Shown here: in pieces, positions 41,301 through 52,504 of the stretch
How positions within the stretch are numbered: position 1 is the stretch's first letter
Layout of the letters: every line of letters starts with the position of its first letter
Assembly (NCBI GenBank): GCA_040285745.1
Contig: JAUFOR010000008.1
Coordinates: 1,550,001-1,614,000, forward strand
Direction: 5' to 3'
Length of the DNA: 64,000 nucleotides
Source: Barthelona sp. PCE
Lineage: Eukaryota
Notes under the pieces: model-generated
What the model was told of the DNA's origin: nothing
Database searches by the model: none
What the model saw: the letters and a program-made list of their open reading frames with translations, nothing else
Translations under genes and position numbers: made by a program

Positions 41301-44300
41301 TTATTTGCTTTCAGAAAAGTACTCGTAATACTGTTCAGTTGCAGCTGGTCCTCTTGGGCTGTCTGGGATCTCTGATTTGCGTGATGCCAACAACAGCTGG
41401 ATATCAGAATGTGCTGTATCTGTAAATTTAGGACTGGTTAAAGGTGAAGTATTGTTTGAGAAACTTGAAAGATTAAGCTGCAAATCTTCAAAACGGCGGG
41501 TACGCTTGCTGCTCCTGGGGCGTGATTGTGATCCTGGGCGTGATGAAGTGAAGCTAGTGCGTGATTTGGGACGAGCACTACCCAGTTTGGAGGAAGGTGG
41601 CGGACTTCCATCAAAGAAGTTATCTTCCAAATTAGGTAAGAGCTCTCGGTCCCTCTCAATACGTTTGAGAAGCGCCTTTTTAGAGCGTTTCTCCTTTGCC
41701 AACTGTTTCTCCAACGAGGCTACCTTGCGTTTATAACGCGAGACCTCATCAACAGTGTGCGACTCGCTATTCTTCTCTCTATCCCTCAGCTTCTGTAGAG
41801 CAGCATCCTTGGCCTTGAGCTCCAACAACAGCTTGTCGATATCGAGCTTATCAAGTCGAGCAAACTTCTCGAGTTTATCCTCAAGTTCTTGCAACTTACG
41901 CTCACGTGATACCTTCCACTGTAGCAGGGCAAGCTTACCCTTCTCCTTGACCTGTAAATCACGTTCAACAACGGTCAATTTTCCTTGCAACATATCTACT
42001 TGTTGTTGCAAAGTTGAAATACGGTTCTTAAGTACAATCTCACGGCGTTTAAGCAGCTGCTCATAGAAACTGACACTCTGCTCCAGCTCAGACTTCTCAA
42101 TCAACAAGGAACGCCTCTCCAACTCCCGATCGTTCTCATCACCCTTGAGCGTGAGGTCCTGAACCATTTTTTCGTTTACCTGACGCGTCTCCAGGTCAAT
42201 AACCTGTTTTGTGAGTGAATGAACCTTCTCCTCCAAGCGAAGTTGAATATCGTTCTTCTCCTTGATATTTGTCAAAATGTTCTCCTCAGCCAATCGTTTA
42301 GAAACGGAATTTAGCGTGTTCATCTTGATTTCGTACAGTTTCTCAAACACGTTCTTACCCATCTGTGTCTGGAAGGTTTGATATGAGCCCTTGAGCGAGT
42401 TGATCTTTCCAATGAGGTCTCTGATGGTCGAATCGTACTTTTTCTGCATCTTAAGCTCTGTTTTCTCAACCAGGGAATGTGCGTTGGCCTCCATAATACC
42501 AATCTGTCCCTCAAGACGACTCACCTCAAAGAGTGCAGTGTACGATCGATCAACCGACTCATGTTGAATTCGACGCTCAACGCTGTCGTTCATCGCGGAA
42601 ATGTCATACTCAAGCTGTTTGATGCGGTTCAGCGTGCCCTCAAGGAACGTTGTAAACATTCCCTCCAGGTTCTTCATGTCACTGCGCATGGTATCGACGG
42701 AAGTAAGCTGGTGACCGTAAAAGGCTACTGTGAAGTGCTTAAGTGTTTCGACCATCTTGGGACAGCTGATGATGAAATGTAAATCGTCGCTCTGGCCCAG
42801 CGGGTCGTAATCAAGTGTACCACATTGAAGTAATGAAGAAAATAGGTCGCGCATCAAATCTGAGCGCATGAGAAGGTCTCTGACAACGTCATCTGACTCC
42901 TTAGCAAGCTCCATAGACTTTCCGTAGCGCAGAACCTTGTGATAAACATCATCGCTCAATTTGTACAACATAATGTTCTCCGGGAGTCTGCCTTGTGCCT
43001 GTGACATCATGAACTCCTGACGGACACGACTCAACACCATCTGGCAGTATATGTGCTGATGCTCCAACAGGTTGACATGCATCATGTTCAGAAGAATGTA
43101 AGAGACGGCCCTCACGAACTTGAGCGGGTTTGCCTGCATGAACAACAGTAGCTGACCCATCTTGTCATATGTTGTAACGGGCATCTTCTCGAGTACATGG
43201 GACGGGCGCCAGCTGAAAACGTGACAAAGTGCTTCCTCCATGACAGATACTGGGGGCAGATCCACCTCATCCTCGCTGTCGAGTGAGGGCGTGATGTAGC
43301 TTTCAGGGATGGACATCTTGTCGAAAACAACAATGCGCATTATTGTTCCGAAAATGTCTCCAAGCGGAAGGTGAAGCGTCTCAAGCAAGTCTATGGAATC
43401 AAATGGGCGCTCTCCTGCGTCCTCTAGCTCCCTCTGCAGTACAAAAAACGCACTCATCCTCACCAATCCAATAAGGGCCTCGTAGTGGTCAAGATAATTG
43501 AGTGCTATCTTGCTGAATTCAATAGGTTCCGTCTCTGGGTTCATGAGCCCAGCCTCGTTTGACACCTCGTCAAGCAAAAGCTCAAACGACAAGTGCTCAG
43601 CGCCCATCGCCATACGGTATGCCATGGGCAGGCGCTGGTACAATTCCATGAGCTCTTCATAGTTTGAGAGATGGAATATACGACAGATACGGTCGAGCAA
43701 CCTGACCTGACAGCGCGCATACTCGATTTGCTGCATTCTGTCCTTTGTTGTGTTTTGATCTTTCTCATTCTCCGTCAGCGGAGGGATCGAATTGGACTGG
43801 ATAACGTTGTGCCTGATGTGGATAATCTGCATGCGCGCGAACCTAAACAGGAGCTCAGACTGCAGTGCGAAATACTGCAAAAGCTCATCTACTGCAATGC
43901 GCTCTGTGTTGATATCCTGCATGTCAAGAAGGTTCGCAAATAGCTTTCCAATTGTGCTAGACACGATTGCAGGTTCAAACGATGGGTTTCCGAGCATGAA
44001 GGCCTCAAAAAAGTCGGCCAAAAGGGAGAAATACTGAACGTTGATCGACAGGAGCTTGACGCGATCTTGCAATTCAACGTCTTGGTACAGAGTGATAACG
44101 TCGTTAAGAGATGGTACCTCGAGCAGCGCGGATGTCTTCACGACAAATGTGGTTTGCAAGAAGTAATGCTCACTCTTATCAATGTCTACATTACCGTCGG
44201 CATAGGGGTCGAATGAAGCATCTATTTCAGATGGTTTGAATACTTTCAGGTACGAAGGGCGGGTGATAGACAGTGGGTGGAGCACCTCACTGTCAAAATC

Positions 44301-47300
44301 ATCAAATAAACGTCGGACTCTGTTAAGATTGGTGTTTAGCATCCTTCGCAGATACATGGGCTTGCATTCATCAATGAAATTACTGTAGAATCCAAATATA
44401 AGTTCCTCAAGGCGATCAGTTGTGAGCTCAACGTGCTGATATCTCTTCAGCCAAGCGTTTCGCAAATTTACCTTCGTCTTTGATATTGAGTAAAAATGTC
44501 TCGAAATAACACTTAAAAACTTCTTCCTAAAGATACGAATGACCTCTTCGTCAACTCTCTGCATCTCAGCCTCGGTTGTAACGTGCTCGGTGAGGAATGC
44601 ACGATCAATGAAGAACTGAAGATAGTTGAGATAATAAATATCGACGAACAGGCAATGATATCGTGTGACAATATCATAGATGGTCAGACACATCTTTTCA
44701 ACGAGCAAACCAATGCCTAAATGATGGATGTGATCTGTTGAGAGCCGCACCTCAAGCTTCGGATCAGTGATCATATAATCATCATCAAACTCATCAATAG
44801 CATGGCTGTTACCATCAAACGTAAAGTCTGATGTGAAGGGCGTGGGACCATCTGTCTGGATGGACAACGTGGTTGCTTGCATCTCATATACAGTGCGGGA
44901 TAATTGCCCTCGGTACTGGATCGTTGTGAAGCGATGTTGCAGCACAACACTGGTGATTGCATTCAGGTATATCTGGACTTCTTTTGACACCTTGCCACGG
45001 GGTTTTTCGAGTGAAGCTTGCCACTGCTTGAGCTTGGGGAAACGCGAATAGTCAGGATATATCAGTTCGTCCACTAAAAGATTAACGGGGGTCTTGTTCA
45101 GGTAGTACTTGAGACGCTCGTTGAGCTCAAACGGGTCTGTCTGCTTAAATATAAGGGTGTCTTCGCTGAACTCTGATGGAATCGCAGCAATAGCATTCTC
45201 AAGCACCAAACAGTTCAAAACGCTGCGCTCGTGCAGAGTCCTGGGCTTTATGAGCTTCTCAAACTGATCGCGCTGATCACATATCGCATCATACAAGCCG
45301 AGAATTGAATCTAAGTTGTTAAATATCGTAAACAATTCGGTCTTGTGCGACTGGGGGCTCAGGGATATCAGTGGCAGAGGTGTGTCGGTGATTGCCTCAG
45401 GCAAACCGTGCAAGAAGTTGAGCTCCTTCAGATTGGGCGTCATTTTCTTTAAAAACAGCTTCTCTTCCTTAATAAGTCGATGTATAACATCACCAAAGAA
45501 GGTGGCTTCCATGTCAGCCTCGATGATCTGTATCCACCAGTCATTTAAAAAGTAATTCTTCGAAAAGTCCGTCTTGGGTGCTTGCTCACACATTGAAAGC
45601 ACATGCGTCGCCAGTTGCAGTCTGGCCTTTGTGAACAAGGAGTGGTTGAACATCTCCATAAATGAATTAATCCTCTTAATCTTTGCGCTCTCGAAATTAA
45701 AAGCTGCCTCCAAAACATCATTTAAAACACCAATATAATCGGGTTCCCGTTTTGCAAACACGTACTTATCCGGATCACTGACGTCCATGAACAGCTGGTC
45801 CTTGATTGAAGCGAATGCTTCTTGTTGGGACGAATTGAGTTTAACACCTCTCTCGAGCTTCTCAAGAGTGACCAAAACTTCAGCTGGATCGATGTTGGTG
45901 CTATAACTGTTGACAAAGTGGGAGGCTATACGCACAATAAATGAGAGATACTTGTTCCAATGCTTGATGGCCGTGTCATACACAATAAAGTTACCTTCAT
46001 CATCCCTTACCAGTTGGATATGATTGGCGCTGACTCGGACGTATGTATTGAGCCTCATGCCTTCCATGGTGTTCGTCTCCATCGCGTTGAGGTAAACAAT
46101 AATGTTGTGCTTGACACTCTCGAGATAGTTGAAAAAGAAGAGCAACTTGCTAATGATCTGGCGCAACTTGAGGTGCCTCAACAGATAGATACAAAGAAGA
46201 GGGTTAGTTGGCACCTCTGTGTTGAGCAACGAAAGAACGTTTTCAACATGAGTCGTTTTGTGGTTCAAAGAGTGCACATATACATTCCAGCCGCGGATGG
46301 GATCAATCTGAGCCTTCTCGCGCAACCGCCTGATGACAGCATCCTGGTCGTCGTTGAACAAGAACGCCAACTCCGATTGTATATGAGTATTGATATCAAC
46401 ACTTGTGCCAGCCGTTGCTGTGAATATATCCATTGGTACCCGAAGCTCGCCTCCGATGATATCAAAGTCGAGGAGATCTGCGCTGTTAGCGTGATGCGTC
46501 TTGATACGATTAATGAGCAGAACCCCACCAGTCTCCTCGTAATTAGTGAGGCCGACATCGCTAACGAGCTTGAGCTTGAAATTATTCGTCTCCTTCGGCG
46601 ACTCGTCAACGATACGGCGCCACGCGTCACTGTGTGTTGACTCCTTATACTCCACCGTCTCGCTAGCGTTCATACGATTAATTATCGTTGAAAACGATGG
46701 AATCGCGCTTGCTTCAGCGCAAATAGCCGCAATGTCAATGTTCTGGACATTTCCGAGCTTGATACCGCCCTTAAAGAACTTAAATAAAGCGTCTAAGCTC
46801 TCGTTTTCGGATAAAAAGAATTTTGATACTTCAAAGTAAAAATTCTCCTCGTTATCTAACGAAATACCAAGTAAAAACTGGTTACGGAGCACCTTCAGCT
46901 CATCCATCATGCGTGCGCGGCCCGAATGATACAGAGGATGGGTCATCAACTGCGATTCGAGGGGAATGCGTCTGAACAATGTCGTTGACTTCTGCGGACC
47001 AACATGGATGTGTTTGATCTTCTCAAAGTCAGACCAGATGCTGTATCGCTCTGTATCTAACAGACTGTTGATCTGAAGCTCCAATGGTTTCAAATGATTG
47101 ATGGCGTTGAGTCTGTAACAGATAAACCTCAGAGCGGGGATGCAGTCCTGCAACTGTGTCTCGGCGTTGATGTCCATTCTCCCCACTGTCTGTTTTGAGT
47201 GGGAAATCTCATTATTAAGATACGAGAAGCTATCGGTCACAATGCGGTGGATTGTGTCCAATTTGCCCTCCATGGTCGCCATCTCTGTGTCGGTGAGGTC

Positions 47301-47861
47301 GCACAGGCGGTGTAACAAGTGATGGAACCTTACCAAAAACAAGTACTTCTTGTTCGACAGCATGTCTTGATGCAACTTCGCAAAAGATCTAAATATCTCA
47401 CTGTTCTGGGGTATCACCTCGTTGAGGCTCTCGTTGGTGAGTGATAGAGAATCCAAATCGATCTCCTGTGGCTTGTACTTATCAAATACTTTGAACTTCT
47501 TCATCTCTTCCATACGATCTTTACGCAATTTTTTTATATCTGGAGCAGTTGTTACAGTGTGCACGAGAGGAATAGGCTCATTGTTGACATCTTTGAAAGG
47601 AGAAGCAAACAACTCACTCTTGAGAGCAAAAATTTCATTAATACTGCTTAAAACACGTTGAAGCTTCATTTCACCTTGTGTTACTCGCAGATTACATCCC
47701 TTTATCAGGTTTTCAGTCACAATTTCGGATTCTGAAACTTCAGAGAGACTGCGGATGGCGTTAAGTTCGTTTTCGTGACCTTTGACGAAGCAAAATGCAT
47801 CTTTAAAGCTCTCATCCAGAAACTCCTCAAAGGACAAACCCTTTCTTGCTGAATTAAACAT
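41301..47861 (-). CDS. Very large helical protein with C-terminal coiled coil (possibly CCDC162-like)
   Basis: About 2190-aa ORF from ATG 47861; family call tentative. Confidence 0.7.
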   Translation of the reverse strand: MFNSARKGLSFEEFLDESFKDAFCFVKGHENELNAIRSLSEVSESEIVTENLIKGCNLRVTQGEMKLQRVLSSINEIFALKSELFASPFKDVNNEPIPLVHTVTTAPDIKKLRKDRMEEMKKFKVFDKYKPQEIDLDSLSLTNESLNEVIPQNSEIFRSFAKLHQDMLSNKKYLFLVRFHHLLHRLCDLTDTEMATMEGKLDTIHRIVTDSFSYLNNEISHSKQTVGRMDINAETQLQDCIPALRFICYRLNAINHLKPLELQINSLLDTERYSIWSDFEKIKHIHVGPQKSTTLFRRIPLESQLMTHPLYHSGRARMMDELKVLRNQFLLGISLDNEENFYFEVSKFFLSENESLDALFKFFKGGIKLGNVQNIDIAAICAEASAIPSFSTIINRMNASETVEYKESTHSDAWRRIVDESPKETNNFKLKLVSDVGLTNYEETGGVLLINRIKTHHANSADLLDFDIIGGELRVPMDIFTATAGTSVDINTHIQSELAFLFNDDQDAVIRRLREKAQIDPIRGWNVYVHSLNHKTTHVENVLSLLNTEVPTNPLLCIYLLRHLKLRQIISKLLFFFNYLESVKHNIIVYLNAMETNTMEGMRLNTYVRVSANHIQLVRDDEGNFIVYDTAIKHWNKYLSFIVRIASHFVNSYSTNIDPAEVLVTLEKLERGVKLNSSQQEAFASIKDQLFMDVSDPDKYVFAKREPDYIGVLNDVLEAAFNFESAKIKRINSFMEMFNHSLFTKARLQLATHVLSMCEQAPKTDFSKNYFLNDWWIQIIEADMEATFFGDVIHRLIKEEKLFLKKMTPNLKELNFLHGLPEAITDTPLPLISLSPQSHKTELFTIFNNLDSILGLYDAICDQRDQFEKLIKPRTLHERSVLNCLVLENAIAAIPSEFSEDTLIFKQTDPFELNERLKYYLNKTPVNLLVDELIYPDYSRFPKLKQWQASLEKPRGKVSKEVQIYLNAITSVVLQHRFTTIQYRGQLSRTVYEMQATTLSIQTDGPTPFTSDFTFDGNSHAIDEFDDDYMITDPKLEVRLSTDHIHHLGIGLLVEKMCLTIYDIVTRYHCLFVDIYYLNYLQFFIDRAFLTEHVTTEAEMQRVDEEVIRIFRKKFLSVISRHFYSISKTKVNLRNAWLKRYQHVELTTDRLEELIFGFYSNFIDECKPMYLRRMLNTNLNRVRRLFDDFDSEVLHPLSITRPSYLKVFKPSEIDASFDPYADGNVDIDKSEHYFLQTTFVVKTSALLEVPSLNDVITLYQDVELQDRVKLLSINVQYFSLLADFFEAFMLGNPSFEPAIVSSTIGKLFANLLDMQDINTERIAVDELLQYFALQSELLFRFARMQIIHIRHNVIQSNSIPPLTENEKDQNTTKDRMQQIEYARCQVRLLDRICRIFHLSNYEELMELYQRLPMAYRMAMGAEHLSFELLLDEVSNEAGLMNPETEPIEFSKIALNYLDHYEALIGLVRMSAFFVLQRELEDAGERPFDSIDLLETLHLPLGDIFGTIMRIVVFDKMSIPESYITPSLDSEDEVDLPPVSVMEEALCHVFSWRPSHVLEKMPVTTYDKMGQLLLFMQANPLKFVRAVSYILLNMMHVNLLEHQHIYCQMVLSRVRQEFMMSQAQGRLPENIMLYKLSDDVYHKVLRYGKSMELAKESDDVVRDLLMRSDLMRDLFSSLLQCGTLDYDPLGQSDDLHFIISCPKMVETLKHFTVAFYGHQLTSVDTMRSDMKNLEGMFTTFLEGTLNRIKQLEYDISAMNDSVERRIQHESVDRSYTALFEVSRLEGQIGIMEANAHSLVEKTELKMQKKYDSTIRDLIGKINSLKGSYQTFQTQMGKNVFEKLYEIKMNTLNSVSKRLAEENILTNIKEKNDIQLRLEEKVHSLTKQVIDLETRQVNEKMVQDLTLKGDENDRELERRSLLIEKSELEQSVSFYEQLLKRREIVLKNRISTLQQQVDMLQGKLTVVERDLQVKEKGKLALLQWKVSRERKLQELEDKLEKFARLDKLDIDKLLLELKAKDAALQKLRDREKNSESHTVDEVSRYKRKVASLEKQLAKEKRSKKALLKRIERDRELLPNLEDNFFDGSPPPSSKLGSARPKSRTSFTSSRPGSQSRPRSSKRTRRFEDLQLNLSSFSNNTSPLTSPKFTDTAHSDIQLLLASRKSEIPDSPRGPAATEQYYEYFSESK

Positions 47862-48256
47862 GTAAGCCCGTTGAATATGAGTAGAATACAAGAAAACTTG
47901 TTACAAATTTGACTTACAGGCTCAATTCTGTGCCACCGTGGCCATCTGCTCGTTGCGTCCTAGATTTAACCGCGTGCAAACTGAGAATGTTTTTACTGTG
48001 TTTTGCAGTTTTTTTGCTTTATTTATAATAAATATTGTACCTAAAAAGACTCATACGTATCGCTTCTCATCGTTACATCCAGAAGATCCGCCACAATATG
48101 CAAAAAAAAAAGAGTTATTGAAATACAACGCAAATAGCACACATATCAATATTCTCTCGACAAATAAGCCGAATGCCGACAAAAAACAAACGTTTGTGTA
48201 CGATTTTGACGAATTATGCCAATTTGGTTCGAACTTATATTATTGACTCTTTTCAA

Positions 48257-49870
48257 ATGTACTCGAGCACATTATTGTGTGTCGTCGTGGGCTTTTTTGC
48301 TGTTGTGGCTGCGCTAAATACTGATTATGCAGATCTACTGACTCGCGGTTACACAATTGATGAAGAAAATCCGAAAATGGCGCTGTATCGTGGCTCTGAT
48401 TACCAAGTTTTCAAGGAAGAAAACCCGCACTTCAAACCCGATGCTGCAAACGATGATACCGGACCAATGGCATTTATACCAAATTTCCTGGGTAACTTGA
48501 TGCCAAGTACATCTCGCCACAAACTTGTACCTATGGGATCAGGAAAATGCTTTGAAGAGATAAAAATGTCCCTAATCTTGAATGAAGAGAAGGCACAAAT
48601 GAACTTAAGAATGGTATTGGGATATCCAAAGGGGTTCACTTGCACTGATCATTTTCTTTTTCTGACGCTTTCTGATTACTACACCAGTCTCGCTCGTTTT
48701 CGAAGTGGAGTGTTTGATATCGTACTGAAGGGCGTTCAGAAATCAGAATTTAAGTACATTCGTGAAAACGGTCTAGTTGTTTTTGCAGCCTCTAAAGGAA
48801 TCTTTGGAACAATTTCCTCGCTGTACAGTACTGCACGTCTTTTCATTGGCTCGCAGACAGAGGAAAACGTAATTAAACACATGCGCAGTTACGGATTCAA
48901 GTTGGAGAAACGTCACCGCTACAACATTCCATTTCCCAAAGAGCGCCTTCGCAGTGGAGATGTGTTCTTCTTGTTTGACCCCTCAGGCATCGATGCTCTG
49001 ATAGGTCAAGGAACAGCGTCGCTCATTGGACACGTTGGTATCGTTGTTGAAAATGAACAAGGCGTGAAAGAAGTCTGCGAATCTGTTTCGTATGAAGCAT
49101 TCGTTGATCCAGCAGAGGCTGAGTTGCCTACAGGTATCATTTGCACAGAGTATATTGAGTTCATGAAGTTACAAGAAACTAGTAGACACATTGTTATCGG
49201 ACGTCTGAAGGATGAGCTGAGCGAGAAATTTATTTCAAACATAGAAAAGGTTCGAACCTTGTACAGAGAGTTAAAGACGCCTTACTACGGTTACGAGGGG
49301 CTCTTTGGATCATTCATTGACGTTCCAGGAGATGCGAATATGCCCTTCGGCACCACTGAAATGCTAGGCTTTATTATCCGTGCGGCACACAGTATGAAGC
49401 CTGAAGTCATCGATCTGCTATTTAAGCAGGGCATTGCATGGCGCCTTGGTTTTGACCATGATGTAGCCTGGGATTTTGATGATCTTATGATATATACACA
49501 GCATATGAAGAAGCAACTGGGTGAGATTATGGCTGTTGTTGAGAACCAGGGCCGAAAGTACACCAAGAGCAACGGAGATCAAGTCGAAAGTATGATCTGT
49601 TCTGCCTTTGTAATGAGAATGCTTCAAGCCGGTGGTGTATTCGGTGACCTTGAGTTTAATGCCCCTGAAACAACACCAGCTGATCTCAGCTATCTGGACA
49701 TATTCGATAAGGATATCGCATGGCCAGCTGAGTTTTGCACTGGAACTGAACGGGGTTACTGTCAGTTCTGGGGTGCTTTAGATTTTGATCTTCCCCACTT
49801 CAGTACCATCAAACCGTATGCCCATATGAATGAGCGCTGTCCAACTGATCGCTTCCACATGAAATGCTAA
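48257..49870 (+). CDS. Secreted permuted papain-like (NlpC/P60, YiiX/YebB-like) hydrolase, paralog 1
   Basis: Signal peptide; RSGDVF, IGHVGIV, EVCES, later MICSAFV (His before Cys), TPADL. Confidence 0.75.
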   Translation: MYSSTLLCVVVGFFAVVAALNTDYADLLTRGYTIDEENPKMALYRGSDYQVFKEENPHFKPDAANDDTGPMAFIPNFLGNLMPSTSRHKLVPMGSGKCFEEIKMSLILNEEKAQMNLRMVLGYPKGFTCTDHFLFLTLSDYYTSLARFRSGVFDIVLKGVQKSEFKYIRENGLVVFAASKGIFGTISSLYSTARLFIGSQTEENVIKHMRSYGFKLEKRHRYNIPFPKERLRSGDVFFLFDPSGIDALIGQGTASLIGHVGIVVENEQGVKEVCESVSYEAFVDPAEAELPTGIICTEYIEFMKLQETSRHIVIGRLKDELSEKFISNIEKVRTLYRELKTPYYGYEGLFGSFIDVPGDANMPFGTTEMLGFIIRAAHSMKPEVIDLLFKQGIAWRLGFDHDVAWDFDDLMIYTQHMKKQLGEIMAVVENQGRKYTKSNGDQVESMICSAFVMRMLQAGGVFGDLEFNAPETTPADLSYLDIFDKDIAWPAEFCTGTERGYCQFWGALDFDLPHFSTIKPYAHMNERCPTDRFHMKC

Positions 49871-50250
49871 TCACATTAATAAATAATTTCTTTTCAACCT
49901 TTTACGCAATCTTTGCTTCACAGAAGATATAAATTATTTTGAGGAAGACAACATTTCAAAAAAGAAGTTTAATGTTGCGTCGAAAAAAGAAAAAAAAAAT
50001 TTTTCGGTGTTGTGCACTTGTTTGGCCGTTAGTTCCTCCCTCCACTGTGCTTAAACTTGAGTAAGAGTTTTTCTACACTATTTTCTAAAGAGAACAAAAT
50101 ATAAAAGCTGAACCAATTTCTAGCAGTAATTTATCTTATATTCTCCCTACATAAGTTCAATACATTTAAGAAAGCTCAAAACTGGTAAACAAATTCAATT
50201 TAAACATACAGATATTGAATTCAAATGTATCATCCATTTCCTTGCATTGA

Positions 50251-51783
50251 ATGTCATTCTTGGATATCAGGATGAATATTTCATTGGTTTTATTAGTAGT
50301 TGTAATACTACCAAGAGTATATTCCATAAGAGATATCAACATTAAGGGCTCTGAAGACAAGGCAAGCTTATGGTCACGTGTCTTATCGAAAACCGATAAA
50401 GAAGGTGAGTGGGAAAACGCATACGACTTCATTCCTACATATGCTGCTCATATACGTCCTCATAGTGATTATCATCTACCTTCTAACTTGGGAACGTGTT
50501 TTGATAACATAAATATACACGTTGTATTAGAATCAGACAGGGTAAAAGTAACAGTTAAGCTTTCAGACCCCAGGAAAAAGACATGTTCAGAACGTCTGCT
50601 TTTCCAAACCTTAACTCTCATAAATACACGTCTGTTCTTTCGTCGTGGTACCCATAATTTTGTATTTAAAAACGTAACCCAGGGCCAAAAAACATTCATA
50701 GAAACGCACGGTCTTATAGTTTCAGTTGCTCAGCGTTCTTTCCCAAAATCAATCAAAAAAATATACAAACTTTACCGTCTCTTTTCAGGAAAACTAAAGG
50801 ACTCTGAGATGTTTGAGTACTACAGATCGTTTGGTTATGCATTGGAACCGCGATATCATGCAGATCGAGTTTTACCCAAATCCTTGATTCCTAATGGTGC
50901 TGTTTTCTTCTCGTTTTATCCGAGTGTAACTGATGCATTCCTACTTACATTCACAGAAAATATCGTTGCACATGCTGCTGTAGCGTTCTGGGATGATGGA
51001 GAACTTTATATCGTTGAGAGTACTTTTTATGACGATGAATCGATGGATCTAAAGGGAATATTCCGCATGCCGTACGATGAATGGATTGAACTACAGACAG
51101 GTGATGACACACATATTGTGATGGTTCGATTAAAACAACACTACCAACAGCAGCTGGAGTCAAATATGGATGCGGTTTGGGAGTACTTCCATGATCATGT
51201 TTCCCCAGCATATGCATTTAAGAACTTTTACTATTCGGAGTTCAGTTGCTCAGGAGGACAGCATACACCTGCTAATGTTCACAGTGATTCGTTTTCCTTT
51301 TTACTATCTATGGTACATCGATTTGCTCCAGAATTATGCCAAAAGCACTTCAGTGAGTCTATTGGGAGTCGGCTAGGAATCAGTGAAGCAAATGTAACAT
51401 GCGATATTTTACTGCACTCAATGGAAGAGCAAGGAACTTCATTGGCTCAAATTTTAAGTTCCCTGGAGCCTGATGAAAGTATATATAATGATGGTTTTCA
51501 GATGCACTGTGGTGCCATAGTTTATAAGCTGTTAAGCGTTGGTGTTGAAGATTTGAGAGCCATCACCGCCAATTTCTTTGATCCTCCTGATATCTCGTAC
51601 ATCGATATATACGATACAGAATACGTGTACCCTGCTGATCACTGCCCTGATTCGACGAACGGTGTGTGTCAATTTTATGGTAAGTATAAATTCGACCTTA
51701 GAAGTTTTTCCTCCGTTCCAATCAATCGTTTCAGACAATACAGTATTGATAAATGCCTGAGCTCTTTCCCAAGAACACATTAA
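50251..51783 (+). CDS. Secreted permuted papain-like hydrolase, paralog 2
   Basis: Collinear with paralog 1 (FIP, GxCF, YG..LE.R, AHAAVA, IVES, MHCGAIV, CQFYG). Confidence 0.72.
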   Translation: MSFLDIRMNISLVLLVVVILPRVYSIRDINIKGSEDKASLWSRVLSKTDKEGEWENAYDFIPTYAAHIRPHSDYHLPSNLGTCFDNINIHVVLESDRVKVTVKLSDPRKKTCSERLLFQTLTLINTRLFFRRGTHNFVFKNVTQGQKTFIETHGLIVSVAQRSFPKSIKKIYKLYRLFSGKLKDSEMFEYYRSFGYALEPRYHADRVLPKSLIPNGAVFFSFYPSVTDAFLLTFTENIVAHAAVAFWDDGELYIVESTFYDDESMDLKGIFRMPYDEWIELQTGDDTHIVMVRLKQHYQQQLESNMDAVWEYFHDHVSPAYAFKNFYYSEFSCSGGQHTPANVHSDSFSFLLSMVHRFAPELCQKHFSESIGSRLGISEANVTCDILLHSMEEQGTSLAQILSSLEPDESIYNDGFQMHCGAIVYKLLSVGVEDLRAITANFFDPPDISYIDIYDTEYVYPADHCPDSTNGVCQFYGKYKFDLRSFSSVPINRFRQYSIDKCLSSFPRTH

Positions 51784-52504
51784 TGTATGGCTTTTAACAA
51801 AATGTGATGAAGAAGCTAGCTATAGCCTGAATGAATATACACATATCCATTAATCTCTTTCAGACTTTTTACTGTTGTATGCAAACGTATATAACAGAAC
51901 AAAACGGAGTAAATATAAATTGTAATGATACAATACTGATAAATTCCCAATAATCAACATTTTCTCTTAATTTGCAATAAAGCAATTCTCTTTCAACGAA
52001 GCACGTACCATCATCAACATGGAAAACCTCAGTAGAGAATAAATAGGGGCCCAATCACAATCTTCGTGACTAATTCAATGTAGAATGGCAAACCCAAACG
52101 GAAAGACGTGGAAATACACCGGCAACGTTCTCTTCCCAACTATGCATTGAGCAACTGAAAATCCTACTACTCAGACGTGCGGCCTCCAGACTCTGAAAAT
52201 GCTAACTGTATGCTACATATACAATATCCATCTCAAATCTCAAAAAGAATCCTTGCCCCGCTTACCACTCATTAATACGGATAAGCTATAAAGAGAAACA
52301 GGTTAAAAAAGTGTTTACAAGCAGGAAAAAAGGGTTCTTTTTTTTCTGTTCAAATACCATGTTTCTGTTCAATTTATTTGGGATTTCATTGAGCAGAAAC
52401 CACGAATATGATACTAAAATGGACGAAATAGCACTTCTCCCCAAAAAAAGGGTAGTTTAGAGTGAAATCATATTATTTTTATTGGTTGGTTTCTGCATTC
52501 TATT

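Noticed and set aside
47862-48070. GTAAGT donor at 47917 (minus) suggesting an upstream exon for the 2190-aa gene
   Set aside because: I could not find a consensus acceptor or an in-frame upstream exon.
50047-50066. U12 snRNA-like (GCTTAAACTTGAGTAAG) and Y-RNA-like 3' wording
   Set aside because: The similarity stops immediately; there are no downstream U12 stems or Sm site and no Ro-binding 5' strand.
51950-52300. Coding-like stretch with short broken frames upstream of the tRNAs
   Set aside because: No recognisable protein; cannot support a pseudogene, selenoprotein or mobile-element call.
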